A stretch of DNA of 56,349 bases from Candidatus Natronoplasma sp. Its GTDB lineage: Archaea; Thermoplasmatota; Thermoplasmata; Halarchaeoplasmatales; Halarchaeoplasmataceae. Positions 44,484 through 54,720 of this stretch are shown in pieces (position 1 is the stretch's first letter; each line of letters opens with the position of its first letter). The notes beneath the pieces are model-generated. The model ran no database searches. It saw nothing but the letters and a program-made list of their open reading frames with translations, and was not told where the DNA came from. The stretch covers positions 1 to 56,349 of the forward strand of contig JBMCEH010000001.1 in assembly GCA_048620775.1 (NCBI GenBank). The letters run 5' to 3'. The translations under genes and the position numbers were made by a program.

Positions 44484-46163
44484 TCAGAGGTGGTGGCGAA
44501 GGCGGACTGCTTCACCTTTGTTAGCTTCTTCCATCTCCTCTCCAAACATAACAGAAGGTCCTATACCTCTCAATTCATCTTCGTGGACCACTATCGCCTC
44601 GTCCTCCGGTTTTATACTCTCATCAGCATCCCTAACCCCCACTGCAAAGATGCTGCCTTTAGGGATGAAATCATCTATCTCAACAAGGTTGATCTCCATT
44701 TGCTTTAATATCTTTGCCCCTTCCAGAGTCAGAGATATCAATCCCCTTTCAGGCACCAGCATGCCGCGTTGGGCATCCCCGTCCATTATCTTGTACCACG
44801 GATATTTTCCCTTGATATTTGCACCTTTCAAAAGCTGTTCACTGCCCTCCCCGAACTGGAACCTTGCAAAAGATCTTAAATTTTCCATCAAAAACTCCTG
44901 AACACTGCCCTTTTGTTTTTTTATGAGCTCCTTAAGAGTTTCGGCTAATCTATCAATAGCTTGATTGGAGGTTGGGTGAGAACTTTTTGCAGTGTCGATG
45001 CACTCGATCTCTTCACCAACAAATGACATATCTGGAGGAAGATGAGAGATCACATGATCGTAATCACCTTTATCAATAACGTGATTGAGCTGGTCTAGGA
45101 TGATCTGCTTCACCTCTTCAAACCATTTATGGGTTACCGGTATATCATATTGCTGGGCCGGATAAAATAACTCTAGTTCTCTCGGGACCGCACCTAGTGG
45201 AGATGTCAACGATACTTCGTGAATATTGGTCCAGTTCACCTGCTGAGTGGCATCTCTGAATCTTTTGTGAGATCTCGATTGAAAGTAGGGTTTTCTCGCG
45301 GAACAAGGAAGTAAGAGGAGAACGTCTCTTTCTGGCGGTTCGTATCTCTTCCTGACCCTCTTCCTAAATCTCTCGATATCGGGTCGATTAAGACTTTCTC
45401 TCGTGGTTACGGAAAAATCATCTCCTGTAACAGGTGTGCCCTTCGAAAAGAGTTCGTAATTCTCGTCACAATGTCTCAGCACTTCTACCATCCAGGGTTC
45501 AGACCTAATACGAGACTCAGCAAGCTCTCTAATCCGACCCTTTTTTATACTCTTTCTGATAAGTTCGAGTTCGTCCAAAAGATGTCTTGAGTTGTTCTCG
45601 ATTTTCCCAGGAAATCCAATCCAATCGAATAGTTCCACACCGTGAACAGACATCATCTCTGAAAAAGAAGAATCAAAGAGATCAACCCCTAGATAAGCTA
45701 GTAATGCCATATTTTTCGGTTGGGCTATACCCGGGACGTAGATCAATTTGTGATAATCTATCTCTTTTCTCAACTCAATTGTTTTATCGTACAACATCTC
45801 GCTTCTCTTCAACAACTGTGGGGCATTACCAATGATATAAAGTTCCGCCTCAGGATCAGGATCTTGATCGAATACAACTTGTATTTTTTCATTCCCTACT
45901 TTCTCTTCGATTAAACTATCTGATAATCCTTCAGGATAAGCGAATGTAGACGGTAAATCATGTTCTTTACTGTCCTCTTCAAAAAAAGAAGCAGGAATTC
46001 GGAAGTGGGAGCCTAGGTCAGTAGATATGGTTATCTCAGCAGAATCTGGCGAGTCAAATGAATCCCCCTCAAGAAAAAATACATTAGGTACGGTAATCAC
46101 TTCATCTTTTATATTCCACTTTCCTAGTTTAGCTAGCCCCCATCTATCTGTGATCTCGATCAT
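44484..46163 (-). CDS. arcS: archaeosine synthase ArcS
   Basis: Contains the ArcS-specific PC-x3-KPY-x2-S-x2-H motif (LPCSARKPYFQSRSHKRF) and a C-terminal PUA-like domain. Confidence 0.85.
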   Translation of the reverse strand: MIEITDRWGLAKLGKWNIKDEVITVPNVFFLEGDSFDSPDSAEITISTDLGSHFRIPASFFEEDSKEHDLPSTFAYPEGLSDSLIEEKVGNEKIQVVFDQDPDPEAELYIIGNAPQLLKRSEMLYDKTIELRKEIDYHKLIYVPGIAQPKNMALLAYLGVDLFDSSFSEMMSVHGVELFDWIGFPGKIENNSRHLLDELELIRKSIKKGRIRELAESRIRSEPWMVEVLRHCDENYELFSKGTPVTGDDFSVTTRESLNRPDIERFRKRVRKRYEPPERDVLLLLPCSARKPYFQSRSHKRFRDATQQVNWTNIHEVSLTSPLGAVPRELELFYPAQQYDIPVTHKWFEEVKQIILDQLNHVIDKGDYDHVISHLPPDMSFVGEEIECIDTAKSSHPTSNQAIDRLAETLKELIKKQKGSVQEFLMENLRSFARFQFGEGSEQLLKGANIKGKYPWYKIMDGDAQRGMLVPERGLISLTLEGAKILKQMEINLVEIDDFIPKGSIFAVGVRDADESIKPEDEAIVVHEDELRGIGPSVMFGEEMEEANKGEAVRLRHHL

Positions 46164-46259
46164 CTAGTTTAGTACAAAGAGTTGAAGTAAAAAAGATTTG
46201 TCTTGAGTTAAATTAGAAAAAAAATAAAAAGAAAAGGACCGAGTTTTACTCAGCCCTCT

Positions 46260-46481
46260 TTACTCTTCGCTCATTATCTTCATCCAGCCGCCGGACTCGA
46301 AAACTGCAAGATCTCTTTCATCGAGTTTCTCTTCGAATTCGCTCCAAGAGATCGTTTCTATCCTGTCGTTGTTGCCCTTGGTGAACTGGATACCATCAGT
46401 ACCCTTCACCAAACCAGGTTTGAGATTCTTGTTCTCCGCGATCTCTTTTGCTTTTCTTACGCTTATTTTTTCCATGCTCAT
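46260..46481 (-). CDS. small hypothetical protein
   Basis: 73-aa ORF preceded by AAGGAGG. Family not recognised. Confidence 0.4.
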   Translation of the reverse strand: MSMEKISVRKAKEIAENKNLKPGLVKGTDGIQFTKGNNDRIETISWSEFEEKLDERDLAVFESGGWMKIMSEE

Positions 46482-46743
46482 ATTTTTTCCTCCTTATTTT
46501 AGGGAGGGTGTCATACCCTCATCCCAGTCCCATAATAGACTATTAATATAAATATGTTTCGTTAATATCCAGGTAAAATCGACGGAAAATGGACTTTTTT
46601 CGACCTTGAACAGCAATATCGTCTGACGATTTTTCACGAAAAAAAGGGATTATCTAGCTCGGCGTTCCAAATTGCATTTAGATGAAAAGCCCGATACTCC
46701 CATAAGCAAAAGTATTTAATGAGACATTTAATGAGTGATAAGT

Positions 46744-48576
46744 ATGAAGATCGTTCCTGACACTAGCGTCATCGTCGACGGGCGCATCACGAGCAAATTA
46801 GAAAACGGCGAATACAGAGATGCTGATATAATCATACCTGAAGCTGTAATATTTGAACTTGAATCGCAGGCTAATAAAGGCCAGGAGACAGGCATGAGCG
46901 GATTAGAAGAAATACAAGAGATCAAGGAATTCTCTAAAGCGGGAAAAATCAACCTTTTGTTCAAAGGTGAAAGGCCAAAACGGGATGAGCAAAGGCTCGC
47001 GGATCAGGGGGAGATAGATTCTATAATACGTTCTATCGCACTTGACGAAAGCGCATTATTAGTGACGAGCGATCTGATACAATCAGAAGTTGCTAAGGCA
47101 AAAGGAGTAGAGGTGGAGTATCTCAGGCCTGTTATAGAGGAAGAAAAAGAAGGAAACAAGATACTAGATTATTTTACTAAAGATACGATGTCAGTGCATT
47201 TGAGAGATGGAACGAAACCTACCGCCAAAAAAGGGACTCCCGGCAACATTCTAACGGAAACCATTCAAGAGAAAAAATCTACTAATGAAGAATTACAAGC
47301 CCTAGCTCACAATATCATCGAAAATGCTAAGAGATCCTCTAAAGGTTTCATAGAGGTGGATAAAGGTGGAGCTACAGTAGTCCAATTGGAAAATATCCGG
47401 ATAGTGATAGCTAGACCCCCTTTCTCTGACGGCTTTGAGATCACCGCGGTTAGGCCTGTAGCTAAAGTCGACTTAGAAGAATATAAGTTATCTGAAAAGT
47501 TGAAGGAAAGATTTACAGAACGGCAGAGAGGCGTACTATTAGCTGGTTCACCCGGCGCCGGAAAAAGCACATTGGCCCAGGCAATAGCGGATTACCTCCG
47601 AAAAGGTGAATTCACGATCAAAACCATGGAGGATCCTAGAGACCTACAAGTAGGAGATGAGATAACCCAATACAGTAAGTTAGAAGGTAAGATGGATGAC
47701 ACAGGCGATATTTTACTTTTAGTCAGACCTGATTACACGATATTTGACGAAGTGAGAAAAACACCTGACTTTGAGACGTTCGCGGATATGAGACTCGCAG
47801 GGGTAGGAATGATAGGAGTCACTCATGCAAACCGCGCCATAGATGCACTTCAGAGGCTCATCGGTAGAGTCGAGTTGGGGATGGTACCGCAGGTAGTCGA
47901 CACTATAGTTTTTGTCGAGGAAGCTCAGATCAAAAAGGTGTACGACATCACATATACCGTGAAAGTTCCTGAAGGGATGGTTGAAGAGGACCTAGCCAGG
48001 CCTGTTATAGAAGTTAAAGATTTTGAGACAGGTATTCCAGAATACGAAGTGTATTCATACGGAGAACAAGTCGTCGTTATGCCTGTTGAAGGACAAAAAA
48101 GAAGCAAACCCGTCCATGACATAGCCCAAAAAGAGATACAAAGAGAGATAAATAGATACGTTTCCGGCAGGGTTGAAGTCGAAGTAGAAAGTTCTGATAG
48201 AGTAAAAGTTTATGTCCCAGACAGTCAAATACCTAGACTTTTAGGAAAGAATGGAAAAAATATCTCGCGGATAGAAGATCAGCTTGGTCTTAGGATAGAT
48301 GTACAGCCTTTAGAGGAAGCAAGTGGAAGAGAAAAATTGATTGATAATAAAATCAAAGGTAAGAACGTCGACGTTTTGATCGGAGAGGAAAAAGTGATAA
48401 TCGAAGCCGGAAGAGATAAAATAGGAAAAACAGTAGACCTGTTTTCAGGTAACGAATATCTCTCCACAGTAACCGTTGGTCAAGACGGTTCTATAAAGGT
48501 AAGAAAAGGTACTAGAGTCGCGAGGAAACTAATCCGAGATGTGAATGCAGGAAAAAACGTAAAGATAGTCGATTGA
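46744..48576 (+). CDS. PIN domain + PilT-like ATPase + KH domain protein (COG1855 type)
   Basis: N-terminal [13 protein letters not shown] (PIN), Walker [10 protein letters not shown], and C-terminal KH signature [22 protein letters not shown]. Confidence 0.8.
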   Translation: MKIVPDTSVIVDGRITSKLENGEYRDADIIIPEAVIFELESQANKGQETGMSGLEEIQEIKEFSKAGKINLLFKGERPKRDEQRLADQGEIDSIIRSIALDESALLVTSDLIQSEVAKAKGVEVEYLRPVIEEEKEGNKILDYFTKDTMSVHLRDGTKPTAKKGTPGNILTETIQEKKSTNEELQALAHNIIENAKRSSKGFIEVDKGGATVVQLENIRIVIARPPFSDGFEITAVRPVAKVDLEEYKLSEKLKERFTERQRGVLLAGSPGAGKSTLAQAIADYLRKGEFTIKTMEDPRDLQVGDEITQYSKLEGKMDDTGDILLLVRPDYTIFDEVRKTPDFETFADMRLAGVGMIGVTHANRAIDALQRLIGRVELGMVPQVVDTIVFVEEAQIKKVYDITYTVKVPEGMVEEDLARPVIEVKDFETGIPEYEVYSYGEQVVVMPVEGQKRSKPVHDIAQKEIQREINRYVSGRVEVEVESSDRVKVYVPDSQIPRLLGKNGKNISRIEDQLGLRIDVQPLEEASGREKLIDNKIKGKNVDVLIGEEKVIIEAGRDKIGKTVDLFSGNEYLSTVTVGQDGSIKVRKGTRVARKLIRDVNAGKNVKIVD

Positions 48577-49797
48577 TCAGAACAGCGTTACAGAGATCTT
48601 TTCTCCCTTTTCCACCAATTCTACATTTTCCGGGATCTCAAAATAACCATCTGCCTGAGCCATACTAGTGATAGCTCCAGATTGCTTGTAAACAGGATGA
48701 GCTTTCTCGTTTTCCAGTCTAACTGTCATATACTGCTGTCTACCTAATGAGGATGTGATCCTCTTCGCTAGGACCGCATCTGTCTTTCTTTCAGATGGTT
48801 CTGGAAGTCTAGCCATCTTTCTCAATCCAGGTGTGATCAACTGCTGAGCGGTGTTCAAACAAGAAGTGGGATATCCAGGCATGCCGACCACTAGAGTATC
48901 ATCAACTTTTCCGAACAATGTCGGTTTACCCGGCTTGAGCTTCACACCGTGAAATATAACCTCACCGATAGAATCTAAAGCGTCGATCAGTATGTCTTTA
49001 TCTCCTACTGAGCTACCTCCAGAAAAAAGGACCATATCTTTATCTTTTACTTCCTTCGCTATTCCCTCTTTTAAACTTTCGATGGTGTCGTGCACGACGT
49101 CTTTTCTCCAAGCGTCACAGCGGTTCTTCTCTACTACGCTTTTCAAAGTATGAGAATTAACGTCATAGATCTGACCCGGTTTCAATTCTTTTCTGACCGG
49201 AACTACTTCGTCCCCGGTTGGAATAACGCTGACCTTCGGCTTTTCATATACTTTAACTTTATCTTTTCCCATAGCCGCTAATGCACCTATTTTTGCGGAA
49301 GTTAGAAATGAACCTTTCTTTACCACCGTCTCTCCTTTTTCAATATCTTCCCCTTTTGGAGATACATTCTCTCCTGGATGCACTGGTTTATGTATTTTCA
49401 CCTTATCGCCTTCTTTCTCCGTGACCTCGACTTTAACGACGGCATTAGCTCCTTCAGGCATCGGTGCGCCGGTAGCTATCTGCACACATTCCTCTTTTCC
49501 AATCTCCTTCTCAGGAGGATCACCAGCATGTAGAATCCCTATATTCTTCAATTCGATCGGGTCAAATTTTCCCGCCTCAAAAGTATCTTCAGCCTTTACA
49601 GCGAATCCGTCCATAGCTCCTCTATCGAAAGGTGGAACGAACATGTCGCTCTCTGCATCTTCCGCAAGAACTCTCTCAAAAGCGTCATCTAGATCCACAG
49701 TCTCTTTCCTTTCTATAGGCTGAGTCTCTTCTAAAATAGTGGTAAGTGCATCGGTGTAAGTTATGAGTTCACCAAACGGCCTCTGTTCTTCCATCAC
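48577..49797 (-). CDS. moeA: molybdopterin molybdenumtransferase MoeA
   Basis: Typical MoeA layout with RGAMDGFAV, IATGAPMP, SGGSSVGDKD and PGKPT. Confidence 0.9.
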   Translation of the reverse strand: MMEEQRPFGELITYTDALTTILEETQPIERKETVDLDDAFERVLAEDAESDMFVPPFDRGAMDGFAVKAEDTFEAGKFDPIELKNIGILHAGDPPEKEIGKEECVQIATGAPMPEGANAVVKVEVTEKEGDKVKIHKPVHPGENVSPKGEDIEKGETVVKKGSFLTSAKIGALAAMGKDKVKVYEKPKVSVIPTGDEVVPVRKELKPGQIYDVNSHTLKSVVEKNRCDAWRKDVVHDTIESLKEGIAKEVKDKDMVLFSGGSSVGDKDILIDALDSIGEVIFHGVKLKPGKPTLFGKVDDTLVVGMPGYPTSCLNTAQQLITPGLRKMARLPEPSERKTDAVLAKRITSSLGRQQYMTVRLENEKAHPVYKQSGAITSMAQADGYFEIPENVELVEKGEKISVTLF

Positions 49798-50291
49798 TTG
49801 TTCACCTCGAAAACGATATGCCCTAATTCTGGCAAAATGAGTTCTTTCATAGCCAACTCAACTGCCGAAGTAGAGCCAGGAAGAGCAAAGTATATCTCTT
49901 TACCAGTTACACCTGCTAGAGCTCGGCTCAATATCGCTGCCGAGCCAATCTCTTCAAAACTTAATCTTCGGAATGCTTCTCCAAATCCTGGAAGCTCTTT
50001 ATCTATAACTTCTCCGAGAACATCTGATGTCACATCTCTGTTGCTGATTCCAGTTCCACCATTCAGTATATAGGCCTCAGCATCTATGGATTCGATAACC
50101 CTCTTTATCTCGTCTGGATCATCCTTAACTATCTCATATCCAACTATCTCGTGTTCCTCTTCCATCAACATCTCGCGTATCTTCTTCCCGGATTCATCAC
50201 TTTTTAAAGCTCGTGTATCACTGACTGTTATAACTCCGATTTTCACATGATCAGGAGCATTCTGTTTGTGCTTTTCATGACTCATCCTCAT
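49794..50291 (-). CDS. moaB: molybdenum cofactor biosynthesis protein MoaB/Mog-type
   Basis: IGVITVSDT, LNGGTGISNRDVT and LPGSTSAV. Confidence 0.85.
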   Translation of the reverse strand: MRMSHEKHKQNAPDHVKIGVITVSDTRALKSDESGKKIREMLMEEEHEIVGYEIVKDDPDEIKRVIESIDAEAYILNGGTGISNRDVTSDVLGEVIDKELPGFGEAFRRLSFEEIGSAAILSRALAGVTGKEIYFALPGSTSAVELAMKELILPELGHIVFEVNK

Positions 50292-50721
50292 CTACCTTCT
50301 CTTTTTTTAAAACTGAAACATTTTTTATCTTTGTTTCAGGATACTGACCATTCTCATCTTTTTCCAAGTATTTCACCATGTCCCAGATGGTCAATAGAGC
50401 CGCGTTTACACCTGAGAGAGCTTCCATTTCGACACCAGTCTTGTAAACTGCTTTGACTTCACATTCGACCTTCAAGGTATCATCGGTTAGATCGAATTTT
50501 ACATCCACGCTCTCGATCGGTATTGGATGACAGTGAGGTAGAGCTTCGGGAGTCTTTTTTACAGCCTGGATCGCTGATATCTCAGCGACTTGAAAAACGT
50601 TTCCTTTTTTGATCTCATCATTTTGAATAGCTTTTATACTTTTTTTAGTAAGTACGATCTCTCCTGCAGCTCTAGCCATCCGCGGAATTTTTTCCTTCCC
50701 ACCTATATCTATCATACCCAT
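50275..50721 (-). CDS. moaC: cyclic pyranopterin monophosphate synthase MoaC
   Basis: KGNVFQVAEISAIQAVKKT, LPHCHPIPI and GVEMEAL. Confidence 0.9.
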   Translation of the reverse strand: MGMIDIGGKEKIPRMARAAGEIVLTKKSIKAIQNDEIKKGNVFQVAEISAIQAVKKTPEALPHCHPIPIESVDVKFDLTDDTLKVECEVKAVYKTGVEMEALSGVNAALLTIWDMVKYLEKDENGQYPETKIKNVSVLKKEKVDEDES

Positions 50722-50723
50722 GT

Positions 50724-51164
50724 TCAGTCAACCTCTTTCCTATCAAGCCACTTAGATTTTCCCCCTTTTGTTGTCTCTCTTTTCCACAATGGAACTTTCT
50801 CCTTTATCCGGTCTATAGTATATTTACAGGCTTCGAATGCATCTTCACGATGGGGGGCCGCTGCAACGATACCGACTATGTTTTCACCTATGTTCAATTC
50901 GCCATATCTATGAACCACTACAAGATCACTTATCTCAAAATTGTTCAGAGCTTCATCCTTCACCCTTTCCAGCTCACGTTCGGTCATACCTTCATATCTC
51001 TGTAATTCCAATTTTTCTACTTCCTCCCCTTCATTTTTCGATCTGACAACACCGTTGAAAACAACAACTGCTCCATCCTCGTCTAATCTAACAAGTTCTT
51101 TCAACTCATCTATCGTAAAATCTTCTTCAGTCACTAACGCTTTTTTTCCAACCATCTCACTCAC
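50724..51164 (-). CDS. moaE: molybdopterin synthase catalytic subunit MoaE
   Basis: GAVVVFNGVVR, VVVHRYGELNIGE, AAPHREDAF and KEKVPLWKRE. Confidence 0.85.
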   Translation of the reverse strand: MSEMVGKKALVTEEDFTIDELKELVRLDEDGAVVVFNGVVRSKNEGEEVEKLELQRYEGMTERELERVKDEALNNFEISDLVVVHRYGELNIGENIVGIVAAAPHREDAFEACKYTIDRIKEKVPLWKRETTKGGKSKWLDRKEVD

Positions 51165-52071
51165 ACCAATACGGTTCTCTTTCCTCTATAGCTTCTATGA
51201 ACTTATCTTTTACGTTGCCTTCCCTCTTCAAAACTTCTTTTGCAGGGACGTGATTATCAGTTCTTAACAAACACGGTTTCAATTCACCCTTCGATGTTAC
51301 TCTTAAACGGGTACAGTTCTGACAAAAGGTTGAATTATGCATCGTCCTCACCAGTTCTACGACTACCTCCGGATTCTCTAGAAAATATTTCTTTCTCGCG
51401 TGCATCCTTCTAGTTTTTGTCCTCACCGCTCTCTTTTCCAACTCCGAAGCCAACTCTTCCAAAGAGATATGATAATCTCGATAGAACTCTCTATCGATTT
51501 CTTCCTCGTTACACGTCATCTCTATTATCTGTAAGATCGAGCCGGTTTCACCAGCAAACTCGATCATATCTTCTATGGAGTTCTCATTCAAACCCTCCAT
51601 CAAAAGCATGTTTATCTTTACAGGGAAGAGCCCAACCTCATTAGCTCTCTCTATACCCTTCTTGACTTTGAATAACTTAGGTTCCCCAGTTATTTCTTCA
51701 TAGGTCTCCGGATCGATGACGTCTAGACTCACATTTACTCTGTCCAGTCCTGCATCCCTCAACTTTTTCGCATTTCGATCGAGAAGAACTCCGTTAGTCG
51801 TCAAAGAAACATCTTCCATGAGATCGGAGGAATATTCTATTATTTTTTCTATTTCAGGGTGAAGCAGAGGCTCGCCACCTGAATACTTTACTTTGTACAT
51901 CCCCAGCTCTGATGCTGTCTCCAATAGCCGTTTTATTTCAACCAGCCTAAGGCTCGTATTCTGGAGCCCTTGTTCTTCCCCCTCATTATGACAATAGAAA
52001 CATCTTAGATTACACTCCTGCGTGAGAGAAATGCGAAGATTAGTTACGTCTCTTCCATAGGGATCTTTCAT
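51157..52071 (-). CDS. moaA: GTP 3',8-cyclase MoaA (radical SAM)
   Basis: Radical-SAM CNLRCFYCH near the N-terminus and the C-terminal cluster motif CQNCTRLRVTSKGELKPCL. Confidence 0.9.
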   Translation of the reverse strand: MKDPYGRDVTNLRISLTQECNLRCFYCHNEGEEQGLQNTSLRLVEIKRLLETASELGMYKVKYSGGEPLLHPEIEKIIEYSSDLMEDVSLTTNGVLLDRNAKKLRDAGLDRVNVSLDVIDPETYEEITGEPKLFKVKKGIERANEVGLFPVKINMLLMEGLNENSIEDMIEFAGETGSILQIIEMTCNEEEIDREFYRDYHISLEELASELEKRAVRTKTRRMHARKKYFLENPEVVVELVRTMHNSTFCQNCTRLRVTSKGELKPCLLRTDNHVPAKEVLKREGNVKDKFIEAIEEREPYWCE

Positions 52072-52148
52072 TCAAGATGTTTAACTAAACATATGGGATT
52101 TAATATTTGCCCTTCAAGATGATGTTTAAAGTTTATGAACATATAAAT

Positions 52149-52958
52149 TCATTTCTGAGCTAGGACTATCAATCTGCTGGCATCTTCATCATATCTATCG
52201 CCGTCAAGATTTCCATAGGTCTCTACCTCTTTAAAGCCGACATCTTTCAAGAGGTTTTTGAGCTCTTTCTCAGTATAAAGTTTGTACATGAATCTGTGTT
52301 CCTTCACTTCGCCGTCGTCTCCTATCAATTTCCAACTGCTCTCTAACATATTGATGTCCTCTTTGATCATTCTTTCTTCTAGAAAATATCCCTCATCTAT
52401 TCTCCATAAGTCCTCATCGGTGTATATCTTATCCAACACTTCTTTTCCCATAACATCTAACAAAAACCCTCCCTCCGGTTTTAAAGATGAATAAACGTTC
52501 TCGATCACCTTGATATTTTCATCTTCAGACGGGGAGTAACCAAAAGAGGTGTAAAAATTAATACATGCATTATAAAAATCATCTCTCTTGAACTCTCTGA
52601 TATCTGCTTTTATGAACTCAACATCTAATTTCTCTTTTCGGGCTTCTTCTCGAGCCTCTTCTAAATATTTCCTTGTGATGTCAACACCGGTCACTTCATA
52701 TCCTCTCCTAGCAAGCTCTAGGGAATGACGCCCTATTCCACAGCACTGGTCTAGAATCTTGTTCCCTTTCTTCAAATCGAGGAGATCGACGAATCTATCC
52801 ACCTGATAGGGCGTTTTTTTTATCCTTTCCTCCGAAAAAAGGATCTGCTTGAACTCTTCCCAAAAAGATTCGTCTTCGAACCATCTATCCATATAACTAG
52901 AGACCTCCAAATCATGATTATTAAGATCCTTTGACAGATCATCAAAGTATACGTTCAT
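52149..52958 (-). CDS. class I SAM-dependent methyltransferase
   Basis: ILDQCCGIGRHSLELARRGYEVTGVD motif I/II. 269 aa. Confidence 0.75.
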   Translation of the reverse strand: MNVYFDDLSKDLNNHDLEVSSYMDRWFEDESFWEEFKQILFSEERIKKTPYQVDRFVDLLDLKKGNKILDQCCGIGRHSLELARRGYEVTGVDITRKYLEEAREEARKEKLDVEFIKADIREFKRDDFYNACINFYTSFGYSPSEDENIKVIENVYSSLKPEGGFLLDVMGKEVLDKIYTDEDLWRIDEGYFLEERMIKEDINMLESSWKLIGDDGEVKEHRFMYKLYTEKELKNLLKDVGFKEVETYGNLDGDRYDEDASRLIVLAQK

Positions 52959-53970
52959 AGCCTTCTACGAGCCTCATCATCCAATCCGTTAAATCCTTCT
53001 TATCTTTCAATATCTCTTTTCGGACACGTTCAAAATTCGGATCGATCTCCTCCGCCAATATCATATCTGCAAGTTCTTCTGCTTCCTCTATATCGGTCAC
53101 CTGAGTGCCGATTTCATAATGAACCTCCTGCTCTTCGAGAGTTGGTGATGTAGAGTCAGATATTAAAATCCAGGGCACACCTAATACCCCAGCTTCGGAG
53201 GATACGATCGGATCGTCGCCCAAAGCCAATTTTGCATTAGCTATGAGATGATTATAGTCAACTATAGAGATGGAAGGTGTGTACTCTTCTAACGGTTCAG
53301 GGACAGAACCTCTCCCATCGACCAACACTTCACAATGGTCCTCTAAAGATCTAACGATATCCATCTTTTCTCTCCTCTGGAGTGAATTATTATCTTCATC
53401 TTTTATCCAATCCCCTCTCGCAAAACTCACGAAAACATAATTTTTCGGTTCGATAGAAAGTTTGTCTAGTATCTGAAAATCTGGTTCAAATCTACTTGGA
53501 TGAAGGTATGCAAGAGAATGATAACTTGGATGAGAGAGGTGTTTTTTAGAGGGCACATCAAAGGGATAACAATCAGGGGTGACTATCTTGTCCGCATAAT
53601 TGAATAAGTTTCTTTCATCTTTTTTTCTGAGTTTATAATCTAAGAAGACAACGGAGATCGTATTAAATATTGAATTGAAAGGTGATAGTGGAAGACTGTT
53701 GACCGATAAGGTGAGATCCGGTCTGAAAGTTAAATGTTTACTGATCAAAGAAATCTTGTTTCGTGTATAAGGAACAAATTTAGGAAGATGAGCTTCAGGT
53801 TGATTCCCAAAGAGACTATATTTAATATCGAGTTTTGAAAGATAACGTCTATTTATCTCATCGCCTCTGGCCAAACACCAGACTTTATGACCCTCTTCCT
53901 CCAACTCATGGAATAGATTTTTGAAGAAGTCTATATGATGTGGTTGAAGAACCAATAGGGAAATTTTCAC
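52942..53970 (-). CDS. DUF354-family (glycosyltransferase-fold) protein
   Basis: The N-terminus MKISLLVLQPHHIDFFKNLFHELEEEGHKV matches my recollection of DUF354/COG1817 openings. 17-nt overlap with the downstream methyltransferase. Confidence 0.5.
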   Translation of the reverse strand: MKISLLVLQPHHIDFFKNLFHELEEEGHKVWCLARGDEINRRYLSKLDIKYSLFGNQPEAHLPKFVPYTRNKISLISKHLTFRPDLTLSVNSLPLSPFNSIFNTISVVFLDYKLRKKDERNLFNYADKIVTPDCYPFDVPSKKHLSHPSYHSLAYLHPSRFEPDFQILDKLSIEPKNYVFVSFARGDWIKDEDNNSLQRREKMDIVRSLEDHCEVLVDGRGSVPEPLEEYTPSISIVDYNHLIANAKLALGDDPIVSSEAGVLGVPWILISDSTSPTLEEQEVHYEIGTQVTDIEEAEELADMILAEEIDPNFERVRKEILKDKKDLTDWMMRLVEGYERIL

Positions 53971-54081
53971 GGTTTACACAGCTATATCTAAATGCTCTTC
54001 CGATATAAATCTAATGTGGAGAAAATGTTCAGGGCAAAACATCCATTTGGTTTAAATTAACAAAGTTAAACAAACAAAAGG

Positions 54082-54090
54082 TATTTATAT
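54082..54090 (+). promoter_or_regulatory. possible TATA box for the GDT1-family gene
   Basis: TATTTATAT is centred about 26 nt upstream of the ATG at 54112. Confidence 0.35.
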
Positions 54091-54111
54091 TTTGAAATTG
54101 AAGAGATTCTG

Positions 54112-54687
54112 ATGCTTTGGTTATTTATAATCGGTGTAGCATTTTCATCCGTGTTCATTGCGGAAATAGGTGATAAGAGTCAGCTGATCACTATCTCACT
54201 AGCTTCAAAATATGAGAACAGAAGCGTTTTTTTAGGTATTTTTTCAGGAATAGCACTAATAACACTCCTAGCGGTAGCTGTAGGAACCATCATTTTCCAA
54301 TTCATACCAGTGACATATGTGAAAATCGGTGCCTCTATGATCTTCATATCCTTCGGTATTTGGACTCTTCGTTGCCAAGAAAAAGAAAAAATAGAAATCG
54401 AAGAAAAAAAAGAAAATGTGTTAGCAAGTTCATTTTTATTTTCGATATTCGCTGAATTTGGCGATAAAACACAATTGGTAATTATAGCATTGACTGCAGG
54501 ATACAGTTCCCCTTTTTTAGTTCTCGCCGGGGCTCTAGCAGGGATGGGGACTATAATTGGTATGGGTGTCCTGTTGGGTTCTAAAATCGGTGAAATTTTC
54601 AAGAGTGAAAAGATAGACCTCATATCAGGTAGTCTCTTTATAATTATAGGATGCGTTTTTCTCCTCGAAGCCCTCCATTTTGGATAA
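54112..54687 (+). CDS. UPF0016 / GDT1-TMEM165 family cation (Ca2+/Mn2+) transporter
   Basis: Two copies of the E-x-G-D-K-(S/T) signature (AEIGDKSQL and AEFGDKTQL), one in each three-helix half. Confidence 0.9.
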   Translation: MLWLFIIGVAFSSVFIAEIGDKSQLITISLASKYENRSVFLGIFSGIALITLLAVAVGTIIFQFIPVTYVKIGASMIFISFGIWTLRCQEKEKIEIEEKKENVLASSFLFSIFAEFGDKTQLVIIALTAGYSSPFLVLAGALAGMGTIIGMGVLLGSKIGEIFKSEKIDLISGSLFIIIGCVFLLEALHFG

Positions 54688-54720
54688 TTAAAAAATATAC
54701 CCTGCTGTTTTACTGTTACC

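Noticed and set aside
44470-44901. 143-aa plus-strand ORF after deoA
   Set aside because: It is antisense to the C-terminal PUA region of ArcS and has Ser/Pro-rich low-complexity composition.
46500-46530. Hairpin GAGGGT-gtcat-ACCCTC in the 5' region of the 73-aa ORF (minus strand)
   Set aside because: The stem is short (6 bp) with no further conserved structure visible. I could not connect it to any known RNA element.
46615-46640. Palindromic 12-mer ATCGTCTGACGA shared between this gap and the origin region (12351-12362)
   Set aside because: Roughly 90 chance-identical 12-mer pairs are expected in a 56-kb window. One shared 12-mer is therefore not evidence for a second origin or a common operator, although both copies are intergenic.
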